Under the pieces are notes generated by a model, which was not told the DNA's origin, ran no database searches, and saw only the letters and a list, made by a program, of their open reading frames with translations. A program made the translations under genes and the position numbers. A stretch of DNA of 56,990 nt. Source: Candidatus Thermosaccharophagus tengchongensis (lineage in GTDB: Bacteria; Armatimonadota; Fervidibacteria; Fervidibacterales; Thermosaccharophagaceae). Each line of letters starts with the position of its first letter. Position 1 is the stretch's first letter. Where the stretch lies: assembly GCA_032161105.1 (NCBI GenBank), contig JAVHTD010000021.1; one strand, 5' to 3'. Of the stretch, positions 1-10,287 are shown piece by piece.

Positions 1-2007
1 CCGGCTCAAATTTTGATGAACCACTTTGGCACGACATCACTTAAGGGCTTTGGATGTGAGGATATGGACGCCGCAATTGTTGCGGCGGCAATGGTTCTCT
101 CGTATCTCAAGGAGACGCACATGGCGGCTCTTGAGCACATACGCAGGTTGAGCACATACTCATTAAGCCAGTTCATGATGCTTGATGCATCTGCGAGGCG
201 CAACCTTGAATTGACCCAGACGATACTCGGTGAATATCAGGGCAGCCTGCTCTCCGTGATTGACATGACCATCACTCCGATGGGTAGCAGGCTGCTCAGG
301 CGTTGGCTGCTTCAGCCGCTGCTTGATGTGGCTCAGATTAATCGCCGCCTTGATGCCGTTGAAGAGTTGCTCTGCAATGTTGCAATGCGCGGGCAGCTTT
401 CGGAATGCCTTCGCTCAATGCCAGACATGCAAAGGCTCGTGAGCAGGGCTGCGACTCGCACAGCCAATCCAAAGGACTTGGGCTTGATCAGGGATGCGCT
501 TAAAGCCATACCGAAGCTGCTCTCGGCAATTTCGGATGCGCGTTCAGAGCTGCTCTGTGAGCTGCGCTTGCAGGTGCATGTTTGCGATGACTTGAGGGAG
601 CTGCTTTGCAGAGCATTGGTGGATGACCCGCCGGTGTCGGCAAAGGATGGCGGCATCATACGGGATGGATACCTCAAGGAGCTTGACGAACTTCGCATGG
701 TGAACGCTCACAGCAAGGAGTTGATCCTTGAGCTTGAGGAGCATGAGAGGCGCAGGACGGGGATAAAGTCGCTGCGTATCGGCTACAACCAAATCTTCGG
801 ATATTACATTGAGGTGACAAAGCCAAACCTGCACCTTGTCCCGAGCGATTACATACGAAAGCAGACGACGGCAAATGCTGAGCGCTTTGTAACGCCGCAG
901 TTGAAGGAGCTTGAGGCGAAGGTTCTCGGAGCTCAGGAGCGGATATGCCAGATTGAGTATCAGCTCTTTTGCGAGCTCAGAGACGAGGTGGCAAAGCGCG
1001 GTGATGAGCTTTTGAGCACAGCACAAGCCATCGCCACAATTGATGTGCTCCTCTGCTTTGCCGAGTTGGCAGACCGATATGGCTACACGAGACCGATAGT
1101 CAACAACGGAGATGCGATCAGGATCAAGGCTGGCAGGCATCCGGTGATAGAGCTAAGGCAGCGCGATAAGCCGTTTGTGCCAAACGATTGCGAACTTGAC
1201 TCAAGCTCAAATCAGCTGCTCATCATCACCGGACCAAACGCTGCCGGAAAATCAACATACCTGCGCCAAGTGGCTCTCATAGTTCTCATGGCTCAGATGG
1301 GTTGCTTTGTTCCGGCGGCGCATGCCGAGATCGGTGTCGTTGACAGGATATTCACGCGCGTTGGCGCTCACGACAACATAGCAACCGGCGAGAGCACATT
1401 CATGGTTGAGATGCATGAGACAGCCAACATACTTAACAACGCCACACATCGCAGCCTGATATTGATTGACGAGGTTGGGCGTGGGACGAGCACATTTGAT
1501 GGCGTGAGCATAGCATGGGCAGTGGCGGAATACATCCACAACATCGGCGCAAAGTGCCTATTCGCAACGCACTTCCATCATTTGAACGAGCTTGAGAGGT
1601 TGCTTCCGAGGGTGCGCAACTTCAGAGCAGCTGTTAAGGAGGAAGGGGATAGCATCATCTTCCTCTATCGCATCGTTCCCGGCGGGACTGATAAAAGCTA
1701 CGGGATACAGGTAGCCAAGCTTGCCGGCTTACCGTCGGCTGTGATTGAGAGGGCTAAGGAAGTGTTAGCGCAGCTTGAAGTATCGGATGGCGAGAGGCGT
1801 GTTGCGCCATCGGTGGAGAGGGCAAAGGAGATTGCGCCGCCAATACAGCTCAAGCTGTTTGAGCTGCAGCCTCACCCGATTATTGAGGAGCTGCAGCGAA
1901 TAGATCCCGACACCATGACGCCAATTGAAGCCCTGAGCAAAATTTACGAATGGTGTAAGCAGGTAAAAGGTGGCGCAAAGGGGAGGGGCAAAAGCACTCA
2001 AAGTTGA
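1..2007 (+). CDS. mutS: DNA mismatch repair protein MutS (5'-truncated by window edge)
   Basis: LDASARRNLEL, TPMGSRLLRRWL, GYYIEV, RKQT..AERF, Walker A GPNAAGKST, STFMVEM, DEVGRGTST, SYGIQVAKLAGLP; frame +1 is open back to base 1. Confidence 0.97.
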   Translation, partial: PAQILMNHFGTTSLKGFGCEDMDAAIVAAAMVLSYLKETHMAALEHIRRLSTYSLSQFMMLDASARRNLELTQTILGEYQGSLLSVIDMTITPMGSRLLRRWLLQPLLDVAQINRRLDAVEELLCNVAMRGQLSECLRSMPDMQRLVSRAATRTANPKDLGLIRDALKAIPKLLSAISDARSELLCELRLQVHVCDDLRELLCRALVDDPPVSAKDGGIIRDGYLKELDELRMVNAHSKELILELEEHERRRTGIKSLRIGYNQIFGYYIEVTKPNLHLVPSDYIRKQTTANAERFVTPQLKELEAKVLGAQERICQIEYQLFCELRDEVAKRGDELLSTAQAIATIDVLLCFAELADRYGYTRPIVNNGDAIRIKAGRHPVIELRQRDKPFVPNDCELDSSSNQLLIITGPNAAGKSTYLRQVALIVLMAQMGCFVPAAHAEIGVVDRIFTRVGAHDNIATGESTFMVEMHETANILNNATHRSLILIDEVGRGTSTFDGVSIAWAVAEYIHNIGAKCLFATHFHHLNELERLLPRVRNFRAAVKEEGDSIIFLYRIVPGGTDKSYGIQVAKLAGLPSAVIERAKEVLAQLEVSDGERRVAPSVERAKEIAPPIQLKLFELQPHPIIEELQRIDPDTMTPIEALSKIYEWCKQVKGGAKGRGKSTQS

Positions 2008-2022
2008 GGTGACCATAAGCAG

Positions 2023-2991
2023 GTGAGACGCAACCAAAGTGAGCTAACTGACGAGCGCGAGCGTTTGAATAGCTTCCTTGAGGAGCTCAAAGCTTTCCCG
2101 AGGCATCCCTTCTCCTTCCTTTGGCGCAGCCAAACGCTTCAGGGCATCATTGCAAGGCGTGAATTGCTCGGCTTCAAGCTGAAGAGGGATACGCCGCTGA
2201 TTGAGAAGTTGCAAAGGGGGATACTCTCATCGCAATTCCCAAGGGGCAGTTGGAAGGGATCAGTTGGATGGACTGCGCATGAGCTTTGGAAGCTATCGCA
2301 CCTCGGCACCCAATACCCTCATCCTCAAATTGCCAAGGCGATTGAATTCATTGAAGCTCATCAGACTGGCGACGGCAACTTCTATGAACGGCACACCATA
2401 CCGACAGTTTACCAGAGCCTTGATGGCGGTGAGTTCGCCTCGGGTGCTTTCTCGCTCGGCTTTACCGCTTATGTGCTCTTGGGGTTGAGGAAATGGGCGC
2501 GGGAAAGCGAATCATACAAGCGGGCTATGCGATGGCTTGTTGAAAAGTATCTCGCTGACGGGATATGTTGCATCCCATGTGCCGTTTACACGCTCATGGC
2601 GCTTGCCGAGGAGGAAACGATGAGCGCCGAAGTCGTCAGGGATGAGATCTCGCTCTGGCTTGAATCGCTCCAGAGAGACGACGGCATTTGGAATTGTGAC
2701 ATCTCAATAACCTTCCTCGTGCTCTACGGGCTCGGTAGCTTTCAAAGCGATCTCGCAGGGAGGCAAGTCAGGCGCTTGATACCGCTTTTGCTCAGCTTGC
2801 AATTTGAGGATGGTGGGTGGGGCAGGATGGGGCGTGCCGAGAAAACGCTCTCAGTCGCTATGGCGCTATATAGGCACGGGCTCATCGGCGAATTCTTGCT
2901 GCACTCAAAGTTGCACATCGTGCGCTCCCGCTCAATCAATCTCCTCTCGGAGTTGACCACATCGCTTGATAGGTTCATTATGGCTGTCTGA
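2023..2991 (+). CDS. Prenyltransferase/squalene-oxidase (QW) repeat protein, function unknown
   Basis: Repeated QxxxGxW-like motifs (QFPRGSW, QTGDGNF, QRDDGIW, QFEDGGW); GAGGTGA RBS directly after the mutS stop. Confidence 0.65.
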   Translation: MRRNQSELTDERERLNSFLEELKAFPRHPFSFLWRSQTLQGIIARRELLGFKLKRDTPLIEKLQRGILSSQFPRGSWKGSVGWTAHELWKLSHLGTQYPHPQIAKAIEFIEAHQTGDGNFYERHTIPTVYQSLDGGEFASGAFSLGFTAYVLLGLRKWARESESYKRAMRWLVEKYLADGICCIPCAVYTLMALAEEETMSAEVVRDEISLWLESLQRDDGIWNCDISITFLVLYGLGSFQSDLAGRQVRRLIPLLLSLQFEDGGWGRMGRAEKTLSVAMALYRHGLIGEFLLHSKLHIVRSRSINLLSELTTSLDRFIMAV

Positions 2992-3152
2992 GATGGCGTT
3001 CATATGCCTCGTTCAAAAAGCTTTGCGGTGAGCGAATGATGAATCAGGCATGTTGAAGCTATTCTCGCCATCATGCGGCTTAATGGGGCATGTGGCTGTT
3101 TACTCATTCACCGTTAGCGATTAGCGATTTGCCCGCTGCCAAAACCCGTCAG

Positions 3153-3998
3153 TCACGATATGGCGATGGCGTAGAAGTAGATTAGCGGCGTTGAGATGAG
3201 CAGGCTATCAAACCTGTCAATGACACCGCCATGTCCGGGTATGATGGCACCGAAGTCTTTGATGTTGAGGTCACGCTTGATGACGCTTTTGCACATATCG
3301 CCGAGCTGCCCGACAATGCCGCCGATAAGCCCAATTGGCAGCGCTTCAATTGGTGTGGGTGAATTCAGTGCAAGGGCAGGTATGCTGCGCATGAGTATTG
3401 TCAATGTTGGTGCGAGGAGAAATGCGACGGAAGCCCCGGCGATGCTCCCCAAGATGGTCTTTCCGGGGCTTATGCGCTCGCAGATTTTCATGCCGCCGAA
3501 TTTCCCACCGATGAAATAAGCTGCTGCATCAGCGCCCCAAACGGTTAGCAGTGTCATAAGCATTAGCTCGCGCCCGTTTGCGCGCTCCCGAAGCATTACC
3601 ATGAATGAAAACATGCAAACATACGCGGCGGTGAAAGAGGTTGCGCACACACTCACTGTGCGCCCACCAAGCTGGACTGCATCCGAGTGGGCAAAGATGT
3701 GAAAGCTCATGCTACCGAAGACCAGCACGAATGCAACTGAGCACCAAAGGAGGAAAAGCGATCTCGCATCGTTCGCGAATGCATAAGAGCCCATAATGCC
3801 GATGACGATGCACGGCATGGCAACCTCTTTAACAACTTCAACTTTTGCCCTCCGCATTGCGAGCATGAGTTCGTATGCTCCGGCAACTGCGATGGCGCAA
3901 ACTGAAATTGCAAACGGCAATCCACCGATGTAGGCAAGCGCGACCGCTATGGGCAGCCCAATGGCAGCGCTGATCAGGCGATGGCGCAGCACGGTCAT
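3153..3998 (-). CDS. cdsA: Phosphatidate cytidylyltransferase
   Basis: DAAAYFIGGKFG, ISPGKT, GDMCKSVIKRDLNIKDFGAIIPGHGGVIDRFDS signature; ATG at 3998 preferred over GTG at 4019. Confidence 0.95.
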   Translation of the reverse strand: MTVLRHRLISAAIGLPIAVALAYIGGLPFAISVCAIAVAGAYELMLAMRRAKVEVVKEVAMPCIVIGIMGSYAFANDARSLFLLWCSVAFVLVFGSMSFHIFAHSDAVQLGGRTVSVCATSFTAAYVCMFSFMVMLRERANGRELMLMTLLTVWGADAAAYFIGGKFGGMKICERISPGKTILGSIAGASVAFLLAPTLTILMRSIPALALNSPTPIEALPIGLIGGIVGQLGDMCKSVIKRDLNIKDFGAIIPGHGGVIDRFDSLLISTPLIYFYAIAIS

Positions 3999-4059
3999 CA
4001 CTCCGCGAGTTGGGGGCACGATGAAAGCTCAGGCAAGTGTGAGGCTTTAATTCGGATGC

Positions 4060-4695
4060 TCACTTGCCCATCCGTCTCTCCGAATAAGTTTTGCACAGCG
4101 AGATGAAGTGTTGGTGAAGGCGCAAGTCATTCGTTAACTCCGGATGAAAGGAGCACGCCATCATGTTGCCCTGCTTTGCCAAAACGACCTTGTCCTCAAA
4201 TTTGGCGAGCACCTCAACGCCCTCGCCAACTTTGGTAATGATCGGCGCACGAATGAAAACGCATCTAAATGGCGGCTCACCGAGCAATGGGATCTCTATG
4301 TCGGCTTCAAAGCTGTTTATCTGCCTCCCAAAGGCATTCCTCCTGACGGATATGTCCATAAGTGAAAGGCGCGGTTGGTTGCTGTCCTCAATTTCCTTTG
4401 CAAGCACAATTGCGCCAGCACAAGTCCCAAATATCGGCATGCCGGATAAAGCTGCCCTCCGTATCGGTGCAATTAAGTTGCGCCTCTCCATGATGATGCC
4501 AAATGTTGTGCTTTCTCCGCCCGGGATTATCAACCCATCAATGCCCTCAATTTCTTCCGGCAGGCGCACTTTGGTTGGCTCATGCCCACAGCGCTCAACC
4601 ATGCGCATGTGCTCTTCAAAGTCGCCTTGCAACGCGAGCACACCGATGCGCAAGGCAACTCCCGATTGCAATAGCTTCCTTAAATCCTCTTCCAC
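4060..4695 (-). CDS. pdxT: Pyridoxal 5'-phosphate synthase glutaminase subunit
   Basis: IGVLALQGDF, IPGGESTT, GTCAG, RRNAFGRQ, SFHPELT; start placed at the GTG after a GGAGGTGA RBS (alternative TTG at 4653). Confidence 0.96.
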   Translation of the reverse strand: MEEDLRKLLQSGVALRIGVLALQGDFEEHMRMVERCGHEPTKVRLPEEIEGIDGLIIPGGESTTFGIIMERRNLIAPIRRAALSGMPIFGTCAGAIVLAKEIEDSNQPRLSLMDISVRRNAFGRQINSFEADIEIPLLGEPPFRCVFIRAPIITKVGEGVEVLAKFEDKVVLAKQGNMMACSFHPELTNDLRLHQHFISLCKTYSERRMGK

Positions 4696-4834
4696 ACTCT
4701 CACCTCCAAGTCTCGCGCATACCCGTGCTCGGAGTGGGTGTTGATGAACATCGCTTACATGGCGCACAGGCAGATGCTGCACTTGATGTGGGATTGTCAG
4801 CCGACCACTTCACCGATGAGCTACAGGATTGATT

Positions 4835-5722
4835 CTACCAACCCCTCACAGCCAACCTCTCTTCGTCGCGCAGCTTCCTGACATCAATGCCCGGCATCGC
4901 CTCACCGAGACCGCGGGATATCTCCGCCAGCACTTCAGGGCAATCGTAATAAGTGACAGCGTCAACTATTGCCTTTGCGCGCTTGTATGGGTCTTCGCTC
5001 TTGAAAATGCCCGAGCCAACGAAGACAGCCTCAGCGCCAAGATGCATCATCAAAGCCGCATCCGCAGGCGTGGCTATCCCCCCGGCAGCGAAGTTGGGCA
5101 CCGGCAATCTGCCAGTCTCCGCCACCTCAAGCACGAGTTCGTATGGTGCTCCGAGGCGCTTTGCCTCCGCCATCAACTCTTCCCTCGGCAAACTCTGCAG
5201 GCGCCTTATCTCGTCCATGATTGCCCGCATGTGCCTTACAGCCTCAACCACATTCCCAGTTCCGGCTTCTCCCTTCGTGCGTATCATTGCGGCGCCCTCG
5301 GCTATCCTCCTGAGCGCCTCACCCAAATCCCTTGCACCGCACACAAATGGCACTTTGAAGCGATGCTTGTCTATGTGATGCATTTCGTCAGCCGGTGTTA
5401 AAACCTCGCTCTCGTCAATGAAGTCAACGCCGAGTGCCTCAAGTATTTGCGCCTCAACAAAATGCCCAATGCGGCATTTAGCCATCACTGGGATTGAAAC
5501 GGCGTTCATGATCTCCAGTATCTTTTCCGGGTCAGCCATTCTCGCCACACCACCGGCTGCCCTTATATCAGCCGGCACCCTCTCAAGCGCCATCACTGCG
5601 ACGGCTCCAGCCTCTTCGGCGATGCGAGCCTGCTCGGCATTCGTCACATCCATAATCACGCCGCCGCGAAGCATTTGTGCCAAGCCAACTTTGACACGCC
5701 ATGTCGCCTTATCAATGGGCAT
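4835..5722 (-). CDS. pdxS: Pyridoxal 5'-phosphate synthase lyase subunit
   Basis: [47 protein letters not shown]; directly upstream of pdxT. Confidence 0.98.
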   Translation of the reverse strand: MPIDKATWRVKVGLAQMLRGGVIMDVTNAEQARIAEEAGAVAVMALERVPADIRAAGGVARMADPEKILEIMNAVSIPVMAKCRIGHFVEAQILEALGVDFIDESEVLTPADEMHHIDKHRFKVPFVCGARDLGEALRRIAEGAAMIRTKGEAGTGNVVEAVRHMRAIMDEIRRLQSLPREELMAEAKRLGAPYELVLEVAETGRLPVPNFAAGGIATPADAALMMHLGAEAVFVGSGIFKSEDPYKRAKAIVDAVTYYDCPEVLAEISRGLGEAMPGIDVRKLRDEERLAVRGW

Positions 5723-5837
5723 GCCCCTTCACCTCACATTTTTGAAACGCGGCGGTAGAGCCCTATGGCTGTCAACTTCAATTCACCGTTCAATAGCGTA
5801 GTATAGCGCAACGGGGTTCCAATACCGATTTTTGTGC

Positions 5838-7526
5838 TTATGCCCAAAGCATGCTTGCGCTCTCCTCTACGCTGCGCGTATCTGCAGTCATGCGCGCAAT
5901 CTCCTCGTAGAACTTTTCATCGTAATCTCTTGTGCGTATGACAACCGGCATCGGGACTGCGTGTCCAATCACGAGCGCTTGCTGTTTTGTCTCCAGACTC
6001 GCAAGTATGCTCCTCAAGCCGGCACTGTTGTTGACACCGGTTAAGACGGCGGAGATGTCCTTTTCGTCGTTGAGCTGAGCCACTATCTTCGTCCCTATCT
6101 GCGACATGATTTCATCATCAATGTCCGAGGGGCGTTGGTCAACGATGAGCAAGCTGACATAGTATTTGCGCATCTCCCTCGCTATCGTCCCAAAGACGGT
6201 TTGCTTAGCTGCATTTGGATTCAGGAACTTATGCGCTTCTTCAATCACGATGACGAGTTGCCTCGGCTCATCCTTGGGGTCTTGTGATGCGAGGTAGCGT
6301 TCCGTTTGTTTCACATATTCCTCGTGTATTCGCCTTGCGATGATGTTTGAAACGAGCAGGTAGCATAGCATGCTCGTTTGTTGACCGAACTCAAGCACGA
6401 TGTGTGTGCCCCTGCGAAGGTAATCCATGATTTGCTGTATCGGGTCAACCTCCGGGCGGTGATACGACTTCACCAAGAATGGAAAGCGCTCAAGCCGCTT
6501 GAGCTTTCGGAAGAGGGCGGCAATTGATTCCGGGTGTGCGCCAAGCTCTTCGGCAAATGTCTTTAACGGGAATGGGTCATCAGAATCCGGCGAGCGCTCA
6601 CCCCTTGCGAGGAGCTCCTCAAGCCAGTGCGCATGATACTTTGCGTAGATGAGGTAAGCCGCTTCAATGGCTGTAGTGTGCAGGCGCAGTTCATCTTGGA
6701 GCGGTGCTATGTCCTCAACTTGAATGCAGTCATACGGTATCAATACCTCAACATCTGGGCTTACGCCCCTCCTTCTGGTTGAGGCAGGGTCAAGGCTGAA
6801 TATTGCAACTTGGTTTCCAAACAGCTGCTTCAAGCCCTTGACGAATGAGCGCCTACCATCACCAACCTCCTTCTGACCAGCCCATCCATACTCGCTATGC
6901 ATGTCAAAGATGAGCGTTACAGCGATGCCGCTCCTCACAAGCCCGCATAGGACAAGCCTCGTTAAGAATGTCTTCCCCGTCCCAGTCTTGCCAAATATCC
7001 CGGTTGAGCGCTCAACGAAGCGATATAAGTCAATGCAGACCGGTGTTTCCATGTCAAGCGGTGTTCCTATGTTGAAGTATCGTCTGTCATCGGCTTCGCT
7101 CCCAAATATTCGGCTCACATCCTCTTCAACGGCTTCATAGACTGGTGCGAAGTGCGTCGGTATGCTCTTAACCGGGCTCGGCTGAATTCGCCTTGAACCA
7201 CCTTTTGGCAGCGTGAGCATGGGGCGCAGTGAGACTGTCACATAAGTGCTCGTCCCGCTGAGGACTTCTCGCATCACCCTCTCATCTGGCGATGGCGGGT
7301 TGTCCAAAATGCTGTGGTGAGTTGCATCAAGGCGGACATCGGTTATGAGCGAGAAGAAGTCAAGCTTGTCACCCTCAACGACGACAAACTTGCCCGCCTT
7401 CACTTCCTCCGGGGAGACATCATGATTTAGCTTCATCTCCAAGCCCTCGGTGAGCGAACCCTTCGTTACAAGACCGATTTGTCTACCCCTTCGCACACCC
7501 CTTTGACCGTCATCGGGCTTTTTCAT
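5838..7526 (-). CDS. HerA/DUF87-family ATPase with N-terminal HAS-barrel
   Basis: Walker A GKTGTGKT, IFDMHSEYG, Walker B IVIEEAHKF, IAREMRK, DQRPS; N-terminal beta-rich segment. Confidence 0.85.
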   Translation of the reverse strand: MKKPDDGQRGVRRGRQIGLVTKGSLTEGLEMKLNHDVSPEEVKAGKFVVVEGDKLDFFSLITDVRLDATHHSILDNPPSPDERVMREVLSGTSTYVTVSLRPMLTLPKGGSRRIQPSPVKSIPTHFAPVYEAVEEDVSRIFGSEADDRRYFNIGTPLDMETPVCIDLYRFVERSTGIFGKTGTGKTFLTRLVLCGLVRSGIAVTLIFDMHSEYGWAGQKEVGDGRRSFVKGLKQLFGNQVAIFSLDPASTRRRGVSPDVEVLIPYDCIQVEDIAPLQDELRLHTTAIEAAYLIYAKYHAHWLEELLARGERSPDSDDPFPLKTFAEELGAHPESIAALFRKLKRLERFPFLVKSYHRPEVDPIQQIMDYLRRGTHIVLEFGQQTSMLCYLLVSNIIARRIHEEYVKQTERYLASQDPKDEPRQLVIVIEEAHKFLNPNAAKQTVFGTIAREMRKYYVSLLIVDQRPSDIDDEIMSQIGTKIVAQLNDEKDISAVLTGVNNSAGLRSILASLETKQQALVIGHAVPMPVVIRTRDYDEKFYEEIARMTADTRSVEESASMLWA

Positions 7527-7625
7527 ATCGCATCACCAGCCGCTGTTGAGCATCTCGCTCATGCAATTCACATGACGGGCAGCCAATGGCTATTTGAGTG
7601 CCCACTTGGCATGCGCGGCTGTGCG

Positions 7626-8969
7626 TCACATCCCGGCAATAAATCTTCCCGGGCTCATGACCATGCGCTCATCAAGCAGCTCTTTTATTCGGCGCATGAT
7701 TGAATGTGACTTAAGGTTGCGCCCCCAAATTGGCAGCAAAGGCTTAATGTGAGTCGGAGCCCGCTCAATAATCATGTTGCCGCGGAGAGATTCAATGGCA
7801 TCCATAAGCTGTCTCGGGAAATGGAGGGCAGCATCATCATCGCAGTCAAAGGCACTCACGAAGACGACGCCGTCAAGGATGTGCGATGTTATTATCGGAG
7901 ATTTCACGCCACAACTGTCCGCCAGCTCTGTGACTTTTCGGTGAAGGTGCATCGCCACCCTCGGGCTCACATTCAACCTGATGTGCATCTTGGCATCTCG
8001 CCCGGATTGAAGCCGCCTCAATATGCGGCGCCTCTCCTCTGCATCATCACCTTCAAATGTGCAAACCGATGAAGCATATGGCGTTGCAATCTTTGTGAGT
8101 AAGTCAGCTTGGTAGCTCACAGCCTCCGCGAAATCGTCAAAGCCGACAAAAAGCACGGGCGTGTTCAATGGCACACCGCATTCCGAAACGAGCCTTTGAA
8201 GCATTGCCATTGCAGCTTCATCGTGCCCAATTACCTCAATCATCATGACAGTGCTCGGACGCAGCTCAGTGTGGATAATCTCGCTCAGAACCCTTTCGGC
8301 ATGCTCGCCGTTTGGGAACATGAGCGCCATAACGAAACGGCGTTCTGGCACCGGAAGCAAGCGGAATGTTGCTCTCGTTATCACGCCGAGTGTTCCATAG
8401 GAGCCCGCATACAACCTAACCATGTCGTATCCGGCGACATTCTTGACCACCTTGCCGCCGAAGTTTGTCAGCTTGCCGCTCGGCTGAATAACTTGAATGC
8501 CGATGAGCCAATCGCTCGCTGTGCCATACCCAAAAAGCAAACTCCCAAAAGCATTCGTTGCGACGACGCCGCCAACAGTGGCTTCCTTCTCATCGGGTGG
8601 ATCAATCGGCAGGAAGAGGCGATGCGCCTTTAGCGCATCTTGAAGGTCTTTCATTCTCACGCCGGCTTCAGCAGTCACCACGAGGTCAGCCGGCTCAAAC
8701 TCAATGATTGTTTGAAGCTGCGTCATCTCAATTGCGATGTCAAATGCCGATGGCACATTGCCTATGTGGATGGCTGTGCCAGCCCCAAATGGAATTAGCC
8801 CCCAACGCCTTTCACACGCGATTGTGATGAGGCGTTGCAACGAATTCACCGATCTTGGTCTCACCACAGCCTTTGGGAAAATGCCGTCAACGCTATAGCG
8901 CTCATCCGGTTCAATTATCTCAAGCCCGTCAATGTGCGCTATCCTATCGGTAAACTCGCTGTCAATCAC
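7626..8969 (-). CDS. FAD-binding oxidoreductase, GlcE-like (glycolate oxidase FAD subunit)
   Basis: EPADLVVTAEAG, ATVGGVVAT, GGKVVKNVAGYDM, GSYGTLGVIT, C-terminal MSPGRF. Confidence 0.85.
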   Translation of the reverse strand: MIDSEFTDRIAHIDGLEIIEPDERYSVDGIFPKAVVRPRSVNSLQRLITIACERRWGLIPFGAGTAIHIGNVPSAFDIAIEMTQLQTIIEFEPADLVVTAEAGVRMKDLQDALKAHRLFLPIDPPDEKEATVGGVVATNAFGSLLFGYGTASDWLIGIQVIQPSGKLTNFGGKVVKNVAGYDMVRLYAGSYGTLGVITRATFRLLPVPERRFVMALMFPNGEHAERVLSEIIHTELRPSTVMMIEVIGHDEAAMAMLQRLVSECGVPLNTPVLFVGFDDFAEAVSYQADLLTKIATPYASSVCTFEGDDAEERRRILRRLQSGRDAKMHIRLNVSPRVAMHLHRKVTELADSCGVKSPIITSHILDGVVFVSAFDCDDDAALHFPRQLMDAIESLRGNMIIERAPTHIKPLLPIWGRNLKSHSIMRRIKELLDERMVMSPGRFIAGM

Positions 8970-9134
8970 TGCTGCTCACCATTTTTGCACGGCGGTTCTA
9001 TTAGACCAAGCCCCGCCTTGAACTGCCCATCGGCGACATGTTATCCTTGTTGCGTCATTTTGTGATGTTGGCATTGCGATTATGCAGAGATGCAACTCAT
9101 GTCATGAGTGTGTCGCAAAATTTACAATGGATGT

Positions 9135-9240
9135 CCTGTTGGTGGAAACTTGAATTGTGGTTAAGAGGGCGTCACAATGCGAGTGCTCATGATGGTAGCA
9201 AAGATGCAGCCGTGCAAAACAGCCCAACCGCCGGAGGGGA
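9135..9240 (+). ncRNA. Candidate structured 5' leader resembling a c-di-GMP-II riboswitch
   Basis: TTGGTGG(9139-45)/CCGCCGG(9228-34) basal stem; GGAAAC...GAA; ATTGTG/CACAAT stem; loop GGGC(9167-70) complementary to GCCC(9222-25) followed by AACCG; TACAAT -10 box at 9123-28. Confidence 0.3.
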
Positions 9241-9246
9241 GTTGAA

Positions 9247-10206
9247 GTGACAAGGACACTCATTGTTGGGATAGCGCTCGTCGTCCTTTTGACACTTGTC
9301 ACATTCTTTTACATCAGGTTTCGCCAATCAAAGCCGAAGACAGTTCAAGTGCCAGAGGTTGATGTGGTCGTTGCAAGCACTTACATACCACCCGGACACC
9401 CGATCGCTTCAAGGCATGTTGAGTTGGCGCGCATGCCGGCAACGCAAGTCCCGCATGATGCTGTGAGGAAGATTGATGAGGCGATAATGCGCATACCGCT
9501 CCAACCAATCGCTCGTGGCGATATCATTCGCAAGGGCATTCTCCTTGTGCCCGGAAGCGTTGCGCGCGGCTATCAAGTTCCGGTTGGTGAGAGAGCTGTT
9601 GCCATCTATGTGGGAGCGCACAATTCAACTGCGGATGTGGTCATGCCCGGCGACATAGTTGATGTCTTCGCAATCTACGAGTTCACGGATGAGTCTGGGG
9701 TCAGAAGGACGAGGAGCAGTTTGCTTGCGCAAGCGGTCAGGGTGCTCTCAGTTGACGAAATCGTTGAGACAGGTGAGGCAGCACCTGTGCGCATGACGGA
9801 ATCGGGTGCTCAGCAGCCACAGGAAAGTGCAGCGCAGCCACAAAGCGGCACGGTGCAAGTGGGGCGCAAGCCGCAAGTCACGATGCGCCGAATCGTGTTG
9901 AGCGTCACATTGCCGCAAGCTCAAAAGATACTCAGTGCTGCTCACGCCGAGAACGCAAAGATAGACATAGCGATAAGAAACGAAGCAGACATGTTCATTG
10001 TTCCGGTCGTTGAAACTCCCACACCTGTGGCGAGGGAAAAAGCGGCAGCTCCCCGTATAAGCGCGCCGAGCCCTCACAAGAGGGAGGCGAAATCAGCGTT
10101 GGCTGTCAAGCAAACATTGCCCACACTTGCGGCACCTGTTGCGCCCATTCGCACAATTACGGTTTATCGTGGCACGCAAAGGGAAGAAGTTGTGATCACA
10201 GAGTGA
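9247..10206 (+). CDS. cpaB: Flp/Tad pilus assembly protein CpaB (SAF + RcpC/CpaB domains)
   Basis: N-terminal TM, VVVASTYIPPGHPI (SAF), VPVGERAVAI..VMPGDIVDVF, AVRVLSVD, LSVTLPQAQKI. Confidence 0.88.
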   Translation: MTRTLIVGIALVVLLTLVTFFYIRFRQSKPKTVQVPEVDVVVASTYIPPGHPIASRHVELARMPATQVPHDAVRKIDEAIMRIPLQPIARGDIIRKGILLVPGSVARGYQVPVGERAVAIYVGAHNSTADVVMPGDIVDVFAIYEFTDESGVRRTRSSLLAQAVRVLSVDEIVETGEAAPVRMTESGAQQPQESAAQPQSGTVQVGRKPQVTMRRIVLSVTLPQAQKILSAAHAENAKIDIAIRNEADMFIVPVVETPTPVAREKAAAPRISAPSPHKREAKSALAVKQTLPTLAAPVAPIRTITVYRGTQREEVVITE

Positions 10207-10287
10207 TGTTGCACATCATGAACCAGTGCCCTTTGCGGGGCTCGCAAAAATTGACAGTTTTGTTTGGCGACTGGAAGGTGTAGTGTT

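Noticed and set aside
1231..1257. MutS Walker A reads GPNAAGKST rather than GPNM(G/A)GKST
   Set aside because: The GxxxxGKST core is intact; this is a minor variation.
4163..5801. Long antisense ORFs over pdxT/pdxS, and similar ones over the GH106 and EnvC-like genes
   Set aside because: Shadow ORFs produced by codon bias of well-supported genes on the opposite strand.
9069..9086. Possible sigma54 promoter upstream of cpaB (TGGCATTGCGATTATGCA)
   Set aside because: GG to GC spacing is 12 nt rather than the required 10.
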